Under the pieces are notes generated by a model that saw nothing but the letters and a program-made list of their open reading frames with translations, was not told the DNA's origin and searched no databases. This document shows, one piece after another, positions 1-8,102 of a DNA stretch of 18,041 nt. Made by a program: the position numbers and the translations under genes. The DNA is from an uncultured delta proteobacterium (lineage in GTDB: Bacteria; Myxococcota; Myxococcia; Myxococcales; Anaeromyxobacteraceae), in NCBI GenBank assembly GCA_963845515.1, contig CAWJSR010000043.1, forward strand, positions 1 through 18,041, written 5' to 3'. Within the stretch, counting starts at the first letter, position 1, and each line of letters opens with the position of its first letter.

Positions 1-116
1 GGCGGTGAGTGGGGCTGAATGGGCTGGCAATCTCTCATCTCCGCCTCCATGAAGAATGGGAGGGCTGACGCCCCCGGTGAAGGGGCTACGCGGCTGAGGA
101 ACTGCTCGGAGTCGTC

Positions 117-965
117 ATGACGGCGAACAGGTGGATGGTCATCGGCGTCGTCGCCGCGCTCACCGCGGGGCTGGGCGTCCGGGCCGGCGCCGAGGACAGG
201 AGCGGCTATGCGCCGGTGAACGGGCTCCGGCTCTACTATGAGATCCACGGCACGGGTGCACCGCTGGTGCTGCTCCACGGTGGCGGGTCGACGCTCGACT
301 CCAGCTTCGGCCAGATCATTCAGACCCTCGCGAAGACGCGGCAGGTCATCGCCTTCGACCAGCAGGGACACGGTCGCACCGCCGACGTCGATCGTCCCTT
401 CAGCTTCGAGCAGTCCGCCGACGACGCCGTCGCGCTCCTCCGGCACCTCGGGATCGAGCGGGCCGACTTCTTCGGCTACAGCAACGGCGGCAACATCGCG
501 CTGCAGCTCGGCGTCCGGCACCCCGGGCGGGTGAGGAGGCTGATCGTCGCGTCGGCCATGTTCAGGCGGGACGGATGCGCTCCGGAGTTCTGGGAGTCCT
601 TCAAGACCGCGTCGCTGAAGGACATGCCGGCGGAGCTGAGGGACGGGTACGTTCGGGTCGCACCCCACCCGGAGGCGCTCCCCGTCTTCTTCGCCAAGGG
701 CGTGCGGCGGATGGTGGAGTTCAAGGACCTGCGGCCGGAGGAGATCCGATCGATCCGGGCGCCGACGCTGGTCCTGGTCGGGGACGAGGACATCGTCCGA
801 CCCGAGCACGCCGTGGAGATGTTCCGCCTGCTACCGAAGGCCGAGCTGGCCGTCCTCCCCGCCACGAATCACATGCAGATGGTGGGACGCTGGCCGGCGC
901 CGATGATCGAGGCGTTCCTCGACGCGCCGATGCCCCAGACGGGCGCCTCGGCGCCTCGACCCTGA
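117..965 (+). CDS. Alpha/beta fold hydrolase with probable Sec signal peptide
   Basis: LYYEIHGTG..PLVLLHGG oxyanion motif, DQQGHGRT, nucleophile elbow GYSNG, acid residue in GDEDIV, His in ATNH. Hydrophobic N-terminus ending in AGA. Confidence 0.9.
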   Translation: MTANRWMVIGVVAALTAGLGVRAGAEDRSGYAPVNGLRLYYEIHGTGAPLVLLHGGGSTLDSSFGQIIQTLAKTRQVIAFDQQGHGRTADVDRPFSFEQSADDAVALLRHLGIERADFFGYSNGGNIALQLGVRHPGRVRRLIVASAMFRRDGCAPEFWESFKTASLKDMPAELRDGYVRVAPHPEALPVFFAKGVRRMVEFKDLRPEEIRSIRAPTLVLVGDEDIVRPEHAVEMFRLLPKAELAVLPATNHMQMVGRWPAPMIEAFLDAPMPQTGASAPRP

Positions 966-973
966 CGGAGTGG

Positions 974-1354
974 CTAGTGATGCATCGGCGGCGCCCCGGC
1001 GGCGCGCCGGATCCGCTCGAGGATCTCGTCCATCCCGACGCTCTTGGGGATGTACCCCTGCGCGCCGGTCAGCTCCGACTCCCACTCGAAGCCGTACGCT
1101 GACAGGATGAGGATCGGGATGGCGCTCCAGCGCTTGTCCTGGCGCATCCGCTCCATCACGCCCCAGCCGTCCATGACCGGCATCTTCAGGTCGAGGAGGA
1201 CGATCCCCGGCACCTCGCCGGCGATCCGAGCCAGCGCCTCTTCGCCGTTTCCGGCCTGCTGGACCGGATAGCCGGCCTCGGAGAGCACCTCACAGAGCGC
1301 GTCGCGGAAGTCGGCGTCGTCGTCGACGACGAGGATGTACTGGCCGGGGGTCAT
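974..1354 (-). CDS. Single-domain response regulator (CheY-like receiver)
   Basis: ILVVDDD acidic pocket, phosphoacceptor Asp in VLLDLKMPVMDG, ILSA, Lys in YIPKS. ATG overlaps the DHH gene stop (ATGA). Confidence 0.93.
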   Translation of the reverse strand: MTPGQYILVVDDDADFRDALCEVLSEAGYPVQQAGNGEEALARIAGEVPGIVLLDLKMPVMDGWGVMERMRQDKRWSAIPILILSAYGFEWESELTGAQGYIPKSVGMDEILERIRRAAGAPPMHH

Positions 1355-2322
1355 GGCGGTGGGGGCGTCCGGAGAGTCGCTGCGATCTCCGCGGCGATGC
1401 GCCGCGCATCGTCGAGGCGATCGGTGGGGAGCGAGACGGCGCCGACGACGGGGTGACCCCCGCCGCCGTAGCGCTCGCAGAGCTTCGAGATGTCATGCGG
1501 GCGAGGCGGCCTCGCCCACGGGTTCGAGCCGACGCTCACCTTGGACCGCTTCGCGTCGCGCGTGACGACGACGGTGTAGGCCGCCTGCGGGAAGAGGGAG
1601 TAGGAGAGGAACTTGTTCGCCGACTCGATCCCGGTCTCGGAGAGGTCGAAGAAGACCACGCCGCCGTCGATCCGCGCGAGCGAGCGGACGACGTCGATCG
1701 CCCGGTGGTGGCGCTCCAGGATCGGCGCGAGCGGTCCGGTCGCCCACGGGGCAGAGGCGATCTCGGCGAGCGGGCGCGCCTCGGCCATCGCCTCGATGAG
1801 CCGGGTCGGGACCGCCGGGTCACGCGTCGCCTCGAGCAGCGTCATGATCCTGAGCGCCGGCTCCGCGAGCTGGACCGCCTGCGCGGGAGACTCGAAGGCG
1901 GCCGCGTCGATGACGTCGGCCCAGCGGACGAGCTCCTCGAACCCATCGGCGCGCCAGCCGAAGCGGCCGTCGAGCGTCCGCGCGATGAAGCCGGTGCAGC
2001 TCGGGGCCTTCGGGTCCCAGAACTTCTGGCCGCTCCGGTCGCCCTCGAACGCGGCGCGGTCCTCCGGCGACTGGAACGCGCTCGCGTGATGGTCGAACCA
2101 CCAGTGCAGCTTCGGCGAGGGGGAGAACCGGAAGTCGACGCACGCGTTGACGTCTCCGGCGAACGCGTCGGCGGCGAAGGAGCTCCCCGGCCCGTGCGAC
2201 AGCGGGACGAAGCGGACGCCAGCGATCCGCCCGGCGTCGCGAGCCCTGAGGAAGCGCGAGACCAGCGCCGCGGAGGCGCAGCCGTCGAAGCAATTGCCGT
2301 GGTAGAGGACCTCTAGCTGCAT
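1351..2322 (-). CDS. DHH/DHHA1 family phosphoesterase
   Basis: Start MQLEVLYHGNCFDG (ATG at 2322). Motifs CVDF, WWFDHH, SCT and C-terminal GGGGHPVVGA (DHHA1). Confidence 0.9.
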   Translation of the reverse strand: MQLEVLYHGNCFDGCASAALVSRFLRARDAGRIAGVRFVPLSHGPGSSFAADAFAGDVNACVDFRFSPSPKLHWWFDHHASAFQSPEDRAAFEGDRSGQKFWDPKAPSCTGFIARTLDGRFGWRADGFEELVRWADVIDAAAFESPAQAVQLAEPALRIMTLLEATRDPAVPTRLIEAMAEARPLAEIASAPWATGPLAPILERHHRAIDVVRSLARIDGGVVFFDLSETGIESANKFLSYSLFPQAAYTVVVTRDAKRSKVSVGSNPWARPPRPHDISKLCERYGGGGHPVVGAVSLPTDRLDDARRIAAEIAATLRTPPPP

Positions 2323-2332
2323 CGGGGCGCGG

Positions 2333-2361
2333 ATTCTCCGGTCCGGGGGCGGTGGCGTCAA
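2333..2361 (-). promoter_or_regulatory. Putative sigma70 promoter of the DHH-receiver operon
   Basis: Minus strand TTGACG (2361-2356), 17 bp spacer, GAGAAT (2338-2333), 10 nt upstream of the ATG. Confidence 0.55.
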
Positions 2362-2452
2362 TGTCGGCATCATCCCCCACCCCTCCCGGGCTGGAAAGTC
2401 GTGGCCTGCCGGGGGGGAGCCACCTACACTGGCCGCTTTGGAGGTGGACGCC

Positions 2453-2746
2453 TTGCGCCGAACCATCCTGGCATCACTCGCCGCCCTCGCCCTGGCTGGG
2501 TGTCACGTCGTCCGGTACGACACCGGCAGGCCGGCCAGCCAGCAGGTCGTCACCATCCCGCTCAACTTCTTCCTGTGGGGGCTCGTCGGGGATCGGGTGG
2601 TCGATCTGGACGCCGCCTGTCCCGAGGGGGCCGCGCGCTGGCAGAACCAGGCGACCGTCGGCGACGCCTTCTTCGACGTGATCACGGTCGGGATCTGGTC
2701 GCCGCGCACCGTGAAGATCGAGTGCGCGGAAGGGAGGTCCCGATGA
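2453..2746 (+). CDS. Bor/Iss-family lipoprotein
   Basis: SD GGAGG at 2440-2444 before TTG 2453, lipobox LALAGC, Bor-like pattern FFLWGL..VDLDAACPEG..IT.GIWSPRTVKIEC. -10-like TACACT at 2425-2430. Confidence 0.78.
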   Translation: MRRTILASLAALALAGCHVVRYDTGRPASQQVVTIPLNFFLWGLVGDRVVDLDAACPEGAARWQNQATVGDAFFDVITVGIWSPRTVKIECAEGRSR

Positions 2747-3501
2747 GCCGCGCGAACGTGGCGGCGGCGCTCCTCCTCCTCGCCTGTTCGGGCTGCTACA
2801 CCATCCGCTACGAGCGGCGCGGCGCTGCCGAGGCGGGCGCGCCGCGCGAGCAGTGGCACCACGGCTTCGTCGGCGGCGTCGTGACGGCCAAGCGCAGCGT
2901 GGACCTCGCCGCCGCCTGCCCGAACGGGGTCGTCTCGGTGGAGAACGAGAGCACCTTCCCCAACGCCGCGCTCCAGCTCCTCACCATGATCGGGGTCCTC
3001 GGGCCGCTCCACGCCCCCATCTACGAGCCGAGCACCGTACGGATCGTCTGTGCGCGCGACGGGTTCGCCGCGGCCGGCACCCATCGGAAGCTCAAGATCG
3101 CCCTCCTGCGCCTCTCGCCGCTCGGCGACGTCGACCCGAAGACGGCCGCGGTCCTCACGGAGGCGCTCGCCGGCGAGCTCCGGAAGCGGGCGGGGCTGTC
3201 GGTGATGGCCGAGTCGGACATCGCTGCGCTCCTCGGGGTGGAGAAGACGAAGACCATGCTCGGCTGCAGCGACGTGGGCTGCATCGCGGAGGTGGGCGGC
3301 GCGCTCGGCGCCGACCGGGTCGTGCACGGCTCCATCGGCCGCGTCGGCGCGTCGCTCCTCGTCAACCTGACCTCCCTCGATCCCAGGAAGGCGGCCCACG
3401 CCGCGTCGGTCTCCGAGCGGCTGCGGGGGGCGAGCGACGAGGCATTCCTGGACGCCCTGCCGAGGATCGTCGACGGGCTGATCGCCGAGCCGGTGAAGTG
3501 A
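2743..3501 (+). CDS. Lipoprotein: N-terminal Bor-like domain fused to a TolB-N/CsgG/FlgO-like domain
   Basis: ATG overlaps the previous stop. Lipobox LLLACSGC, Bor-like GFVGG..VDLAAACPNG..ENESTFPN..IYEPSTVRIVC. C-terminal KIALLRL..LTEALAGEL..GCSDVGCIAEVGGALGADRVVHGSIGRVG pattern. Confidence 0.72.
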   Translation: MSRANVAAALLLLACSGCYTIRYERRGAAEAGAPREQWHHGFVGGVVTAKRSVDLAAACPNGVVSVENESTFPNAALQLLTMIGVLGPLHAPIYEPSTVRIVCARDGFAAAGTHRKLKIALLRLSPLGDVDPKTAAVLTEALAGELRKRAGLSVMAESDIAALLGVEKTKTMLGCSDVGCIAEVGGALGADRVVHGSIGRVGASLLVNLTSLDPRKAAHAASVSERLRGASDEAFLDALPRIVDGLIAEPVK

Positions 3502-3544
3502 CGTGCCCCCGGCTCTCCGGGTAGCGGCCTCCCCGCCGGGCGGG

Positions 3545-3550
3545 TAGACT
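3545..3550 (+). promoter_or_regulatory. Putative -10 box for a leaderless or short-leader hprK transcript
   Basis: TAGACT 8 nt upstream of ATG 3559, with no Shine-Dalgarno sequence. Confidence 0.45.
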
Positions 3551-3558
3551 GCGCCGCG

Positions 3559-4524
3559 ATGGACGCGATCCGCGTCGGGGCGCTCCTCGACGACAAGAAA
3601 TTCGATCTTCGCCTCGCCCTCGTCTGCGGCAAGCAGGGGCTGTCGCGCCGCATCAGCTCGACGCGCATCCAGAAGCCCGGCCTGGTCCTGGCCGGCTTCA
3701 CCGAGTACCTGCACAAGGAGCGGATCCAGATCTTCGGCAACACGGAGATGAGCTATCTCCGCACGCTGCCGCAGGCCCGCGCGGCCGAGGTGCTCGGTCA
3801 CTTCCTGGCGCAGGACGTCTCGTGCCTGGTCGTGACGAAGGACCTCGAGCCGACCGCCGAGATCCTGCAGGCCTCCGAGAAGCACGGTGTGCCGGTGCTC
3901 CGGACCTCCCACCTCTCGAGCCAGTTCATCGAGGCGGTGCAGGGCTACCTGGAGGACGTGCTCTCACCGTCCACGTCGATGCACGGCGTGCTGCTGGACG
4001 TCTTCGGCGTCGGGATCCTGCTGCTCGGCAAGTCGGGGATCGGCAAGAGCGAGATCGCGCTCGACCTGATCATGCGCGGCCACCGCCTCGTCGCCGACGA
4101 CATCGTCGACGTGAAGCGCAAGGGGCAGGAGTCGGTCTTCGGGATGGGCTCCGAGATCATCAAGCACCACATGGAGATCCGCGGCCTCGGCATCATCAAC
4201 ATCAAGGACCTGTTCGGCGTCGCCGCGATCCGCGAGCGGAAGAAGATCGAGATCGTGCTGGAGCTCGTCGACTGGGACCCGACGGTCGAGTACGACCGGC
4301 TCGGTGTCGAGGATCGCAAGTACCGGGTGCTCGACGTGGAGATCCCGATGCTCGTGGTGCCGGTCCGCCCGGGGCGCAACATGACCACCATCATCGAGGT
4401 CGCCGCCCGAAACCACCTCCTCAAGCTCCAAGGCCACCACTCCGCGCGGGAGTTCCAGGAGCGGCTGAACCGCGCCATCGCCCTCGCGCCCGGGGCCCGC
4501 CCCGGCGGGCTAGACGTCGAATGA
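3559..4524 (+). CDS. hprK: HPr(Ser) kinase/phosphorylase
   Basis: [32 protein letters not shown] (Walker A), [23 protein letters not shown] signature. Confidence 0.98.
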   Translation: MDAIRVGALLDDKKFDLRLALVCGKQGLSRRISSTRIQKPGLVLAGFTEYLHKERIQIFGNTEMSYLRTLPQARAAEVLGHFLAQDVSCLVVTKDLEPTAEILQASEKHGVPVLRTSHLSSQFIEAVQGYLEDVLSPSTSMHGVLLDVFGVGILLLGKSGIGKSEIALDLIMRGHRLVADDIVDVKRKGQESVFGMGSEIIKHHMEIRGLGIINIKDLFGVAAIRERKKIEIVLELVDWDPTVEYDRLGVEDRKYRVLDVEIPMLVVPVRPGRNMTTIIEVAARNHLLKLQGHHSAREFQERLNRAIALAPGARPGGLDVE

Positions 4525-5408
4525 CCGACACCGCGCACCGCGCCGGGGCTCCGCAGGTGGCGATCCTGACGGGCCTCTCGGGCTCCGGGAAGTCGACGGC
4601 CCTCCGGGCCCTCGAGGACGCGGGGTTCTACTGCGTCGACAACCTCCCGATCGTCCTGCTGGAGAGGCTCATCGACCTCTCCGGCCACACCGCCGGCGAG
4701 GTGTCCCGGATCGCGGCGGTGGTCGACGCGCGCGAGGGACGCTTCCTGGGTGACACGCAGCGGGTCCTGCGCGAGCTCAAGGAGAAGGGGGTCGAGGTCG
4801 AGGTCGTCTTCTTCGACGCCGCCGACGACGTGCTGGTCCGGCGCTACTCGGAGACGCGGCGCCGCCACCCGCTCGCCGGGGAGGGGGGCACCGTCCCGGA
4901 CGGCATCGCCGCCGAGCGTCGCGCGCTCACCATGCTGCGCGACGTCGCCGACGAGGTGGTCGACACCACCGGCTGGAACGTCCACGAGCTGAAGCGCTTC
5001 GTGCAGCGCCGCTTCGTCGCCGGAGAGAAGGGGCAGCTCGGCGTCACCATCGTCTCCTTCGGCTTCCGTGGGGGGCTCCCGACCCACGCGGACCTGGTCT
5101 TCGACGTCCGCTTCCTGCCGAACCCGTACTTCGTCCCGGAGCTGAAGGCCTTCCCCGGGACCGACCCGCGCGTGGCCTCCTTCGTGCTCGGGAAGCCCGA
5201 GGCGAAGGAGTTCCTCGACCGGATCGCCGACCTGCTCGGCTTCCTGCTCCCGCGGTACCGTGAGGAGGGGAAGAGCTACCTCACGGTCGCCATCGGCTGC
5301 ACCGGCGGGAAGCACCGCTCCGTGGCGCTGTCGGCGGCGCTGGCGGAGCGGCTGGAGCGCGCGGGTCAGGCGGTGCGGCTCTGGCACCGGGACGTCGAGA
5401 AGGAGTAG
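4521..5408 (+). CDS. rapZ: RNase adapter RapZ / YvcJ-family P-loop NTPase
   Basis: [59 protein letters not shown] overlaps the hprK stop. Confidence 0.97.
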   Translation: MTDTAHRAGAPQVAILTGLSGSGKSTALRALEDAGFYCVDNLPIVLLERLIDLSGHTAGEVSRIAAVVDAREGRFLGDTQRVLRELKEKGVEVEVVFFDAADDVLVRRYSETRRRHPLAGEGGTVPDGIAAERRALTMLRDVADEVVDTTGWNVHELKRFVQRRFVAGEKGQLGVTIVSFGFRGGLPTHADLVFDVRFLPNPYFVPELKAFPGTDPRVASFVLGKPEAKEFLDRIADLLGFLLPRYREEGKSYLTVAIGCTGGKHRSVALSAALAERLERAGQAVRLWHRDVEKE

Positions 5409-5413
5409 GGCAG

Positions 5414-5824
5414 ATGGTCGGAGTCGTCGTCGCCAGCCACGGAAAGCTCGCCGAGGAGCTGCTCCGGACCGCCGAGGAGGTGGTCGGGCGGCTCGAGCGG
5501 TGCGTCGCCGTGTCGGTCGACGCGCGCGTCTCCATGGAGGAAGCGCGCGCCCGGCTTCAGCACGCGATCGTGGCCGTCGACGACGGCGACGGCGTGCTCG
5601 TCCTGACCGACATGTTCGGCGGCACGCCCGCCAACCTGGCGCTGACCTTCCTCGACGCCAGGGTCGAGGTGGTGACCGGGGTCAACCTCCCGATGGTCGT
5701 GAAGCTCTCCACGCTGCGCGGCGAGCAGCAGCCGCTCGCGGCCCTCGCCGAGGCGATCACCGCTTACGGCGGGAAGAACATCACCCTCGCCAGCGAGCTG
5801 CTCCGCAAGCGCCTCCGCCCGTGA
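5414..5824 (+). CDS. PTS mannose/fructose-family EIIA component
   Basis: VVVASHG (phospho-His), LVLTDMFGGTPAN, VVTGVNLPM. Confidence 0.95.
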   Translation: MVGVVVASHGKLAEELLRTAEEVVGRLERCVAVSVDARVSMEEARARLQHAIVAVDDGDGVLVLTDMFGGTPANLALTFLDARVEVVTGVNLPMVVKLSTLRGEQQPLAALAEAITAYGGKNITLASELLRKRLRP

Positions 5825-6315
5825 TCCTCCTCGTCCGCATCGACAACCGCCTGATCCACGGCCAGATCCTCGAGGCCTGGGTCCCGAGGCTCGCGGCGCG
5901 GGAGGTCGTGGTCGCCGACGACGACGCGGCCGCCAGCCCGCTCGCCCGCGCGGCGTTGACGCTCTGCGTCCCACCCGAGCTGCCGGTCCGGGTCGAGCCG
6001 ATCGCCGCCGTGAGGTGGGTCGAGCTCGCGGCGTCCAGGACGCCGACCCTGGTGGTCATCCGCGACGTCGAGGGGGTGGTTCGCGCGCGGGCTGGCGGGC
6101 TCGCCCCTGGAATGACCCCCGCGGTCAACGTCGGGAACGTCCACTTCGCACCCGGCCGGAGGTCGGTGACCGCGTCGGTCTTCCTCTCGCGAGGGGAGAT
6201 CGACGCGCTGCGCGCCCTGGAGCTGGAGGGCTTCCGGGTCGAAACCCGGCCGATCCCGACGGAGCCTCCGCTCGGGCTCGACGAGGTCGAGCGGCGCTTC
6301 GGGGCGTCCGGCTAG
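5821..6315 (+). CDS. PTS mannose/sorbose-family EIIB component
   Basis: GTG start overlapping the EIIA stop, VRIDNRLIHGQ (phospho-His), VNVGNVH. Confidence 0.94.
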   Translation: MILLVRIDNRLIHGQILEAWVPRLAAREVVVADDDAAASPLARAALTLCVPPELPVRVEPIAAVRWVELAASRTPTLVVIRDVEGVVRARAGGLAPGMTPAVNVGNVHFAPGRRSVTASVFLSRGEIDALRALELEGFRVETRPIPTEPPLGLDEVERRFGASG

Positions 6316-6362
6316 CCCCGCCTCGGGCGCGGGAGCGGGCGGCACGCCTCTGGGCGTTGAGA

Positions 6363-6368
6363 TAAGCT
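6363..6368 (+). promoter_or_regulatory. Putative internal -10 box upstream of EIIC
   Basis: TAAGCT 8 nt before TTG 6377, in the only sizeable gap (61 nt) of the PTS operon. Confidence 0.35.
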
Positions 6369-6376
6369 CCCGTGGC

Positions 6377-7072
6377 TTGAGCTACCTCGCCGTCGGACTC
6401 CTTGCGGGCCTCGCCTCCGTCGAGCGGAAGGGCTTCCTCCAGGCCATGATCTCACGCCCGATCGCGATCGCGCCGCTCGCCGGCTGGGCCCTGGGGGACC
6501 TTCACGGCGGGCTGGTCGTCGGCGCTGCGCTGGAGCTGCTCTGGCTGGGAGCGGTGAACCTCGGGGCGGCGCTCCCCGTGCACGAGACCCTCGCCGCGGT
6601 GACCGCCGCGGCGGGCTCGGTGCTCGCCGGGAAGGCGCTCGGAACCGGCGTGACGCCCGCGGTGGCCGTGCTGGCAGTCCTGGCCTGCGCCCCCTTCGCC
6701 CTGCTCGGGCGGCGCGCGGACGTCCTCTCCGAGCGGCTCAACGAGCAGCTCGCCGTCCACGCGGAGAAGGCCCTGGCGGACGGCGATCCGGCGGCGGCGG
6801 TCCGCTGCAACCTCTACGGGCTCGCGCTCCCCTTCCTGCTCGCCGCCGCCGTGGCGCCACTCGGCGCGGCGCTGGTCGGGCTCCTCGTCCCGGCGCTGCT
6901 GGTCCGCCTCCCGTCGGCCTCGGGCCCGCTCCAGGGAGCGTGGGTCGGCTTCGTCGCCCTGGCGGCGGCCTCCGCGGCGAGGGCTCTCCGCGCGCGCCAG
7001 GTCGCGCCGCTCTTCTTCGGCGCGTTCGCCCTCACCGTGGCGGCCGGCGCGCTGCTGGGGAGGCTGCGATGA
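6377..7072 (+). CDS. PTS mannose-family EIIC component
   Basis: Very hydrophobic. SRPIAIAPLAGWALGDLHGGLVVGAALELLWLGAVNLGAALP motif. Lies between EIIB and EIID. Confidence 0.9.
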   Translation: MSYLAVGLLAGLASVERKGFLQAMISRPIAIAPLAGWALGDLHGGLVVGAALELLWLGAVNLGAALPVHETLAAVTAAAGSVLAGKALGTGVTPAVAVLAVLACAPFALLGRRADVLSERLNEQLAVHAEKALADGDPAAAVRCNLYGLALPFLLAAAVAPLGAALVGLLVPALLVRLPSASGPLQGAWVGFVALAAASAARALRARQVAPLFFGAFALTVAAGALLGRLR

Positions 7073-7830
7073 GGCTCCCCCGTTCGGTCCTCGCGCGCGT
7101 CTTCTGGCGCTGCCTCTTCCTCCAGGCGGCCTGGAACCGGCGCGGGATGCAGAACCTGGGGTTCGCCTACGCGATCGACCCCGCGCTCAGGAGCCTCTAC
7201 GCGGACCCAGCCAGGCGGGCCGAGGCGCTCGGCCGGCACCTGCTCTTCTTCAACTGCCACCCCTACATGGCGGCGGCCATCCTCGGCGGAGCGATCCACC
7301 ACGAGGAGCGTGTCGCGGCGGGTGAGGAGCCCGGCTCCGGGCCGCTCCAGTACAAGCAGACGCTCCAGGGGCCGCTGGCAGCCGTCGGCGACGGCTTCTT
7401 CTGGACCGCGCTCCGCCCCTTCTTCGGCCTCCTCGGGGTCGCGGGGGCGCTGGTCGTCGGGTGGCCAGCCATAGTGGCCGTGCTGGTCGCCTACAACGCC
7501 GTCCACTTCGCGCTCCGGATCCGGCTCTTTCGAGCCGGCTACGAGCGCGGCGACGGGCTGGTGGGAGAGGTCGCCAGGCTCGAGCTCCCAGTCGTCGCCG
7601 GCCGGCTGCGGGCCGCTGGCGCCGTGCTCGCCGGCGTCGCTGGCGCGCTCGTCCTCCTCCCCGCCGTCCGGGCAGGCGGGGTCGCCGCGCTGCTCACCGC
7701 CGTCGGCGTGACCGCGCTCGGCTATCTCCTGTTGTCCCGCGGAGTCCACCTCCTACGGGCGGCCTACGCGGCCGCCCTCGTGGGCACGGGCGCCGCCCTG
7801 CTCGCCGCCCGCTTCCACTGGAGTCCATAG
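7069..7830 (+). CDS. PTS mannose-family EIID component
   Basis: QAAWNRRGMQNLGFAY, FFNCHPY and GPLAAVGDGFFW signature motifs. Confidence 0.94.
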   Translation: MRLPRSVLARVFWRCLFLQAAWNRRGMQNLGFAYAIDPALRSLYADPARRAEALGRHLLFFNCHPYMAAAILGGAIHHEERVAAGEEPGSGPLQYKQTLQGPLAAVGDGFFWTALRPFFGLLGVAGALVVGWPAIVAVLVAYNAVHFALRIRLFRAGYERGDGLVGEVARLELPVVAGRLRAAGAVLAGVAGALVLLPAVRAGGVAALLTAVGVTALGYLLLSRGVHLLRAAYAAALVGTGAALLAARFHWSP

Positions 7831-8102
7831 TGCCCTTCAACGAGCGGACCTTCACCATCGTGAACACGCTCGGGCTGCACGCCCGGGCAGCGGCCCAGCT
7901 CGTCCAGACGGCGAACCGCTTCCAGTCGGAGGTGCTGGTCGACAAGGACGGGGCCAGCGTCAACGGCAAGTCGATAATGGGGGTCCTCACCCTCGCTGCT
8001 GCAAAGGGGAGCAAGATCACCGTATCCTGCGATGGCGCCGACGCCGAGGGGGCGCTCGCCGCGCTGGCGAAGCTCATCGAGACGGGCTTCGGGGAGACAT
8101 GA
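7830..8102 (+). CDS. ptsH: Phosphocarrier protein HPr
   Basis: IVNTLGLHARAAA (His15 motif) and VNGKSIMGVLTL (Ser46, the HprK site). GTG start with upstream GGAG. Confidence 0.96.
   Translation: MPFNERTFTIVNTLGLHARAAAQLVQTANRFQSEVLVDKDGASVNGKSIMGVLTLAAAKGSKITVSCDGADAEGALAALAKLIETGFGET

Noticed and set aside
1..50. Possible start of a divergent minus-strand gene (GGAGG followed by ATG)
   Set aside because: Only about 12-16 codons are visible, which cannot support a call.
3822..5408. 528-aa extended RapZ, and similarly extended ORFs at 2401, 5260, 6940, 7461 and 9950
   Set aside because: The extensions are Arg/Pro-rich off-frame translations overlapping real genes. The true starts are 4521, 2743, 5821, 7069, 7830 and 10010.
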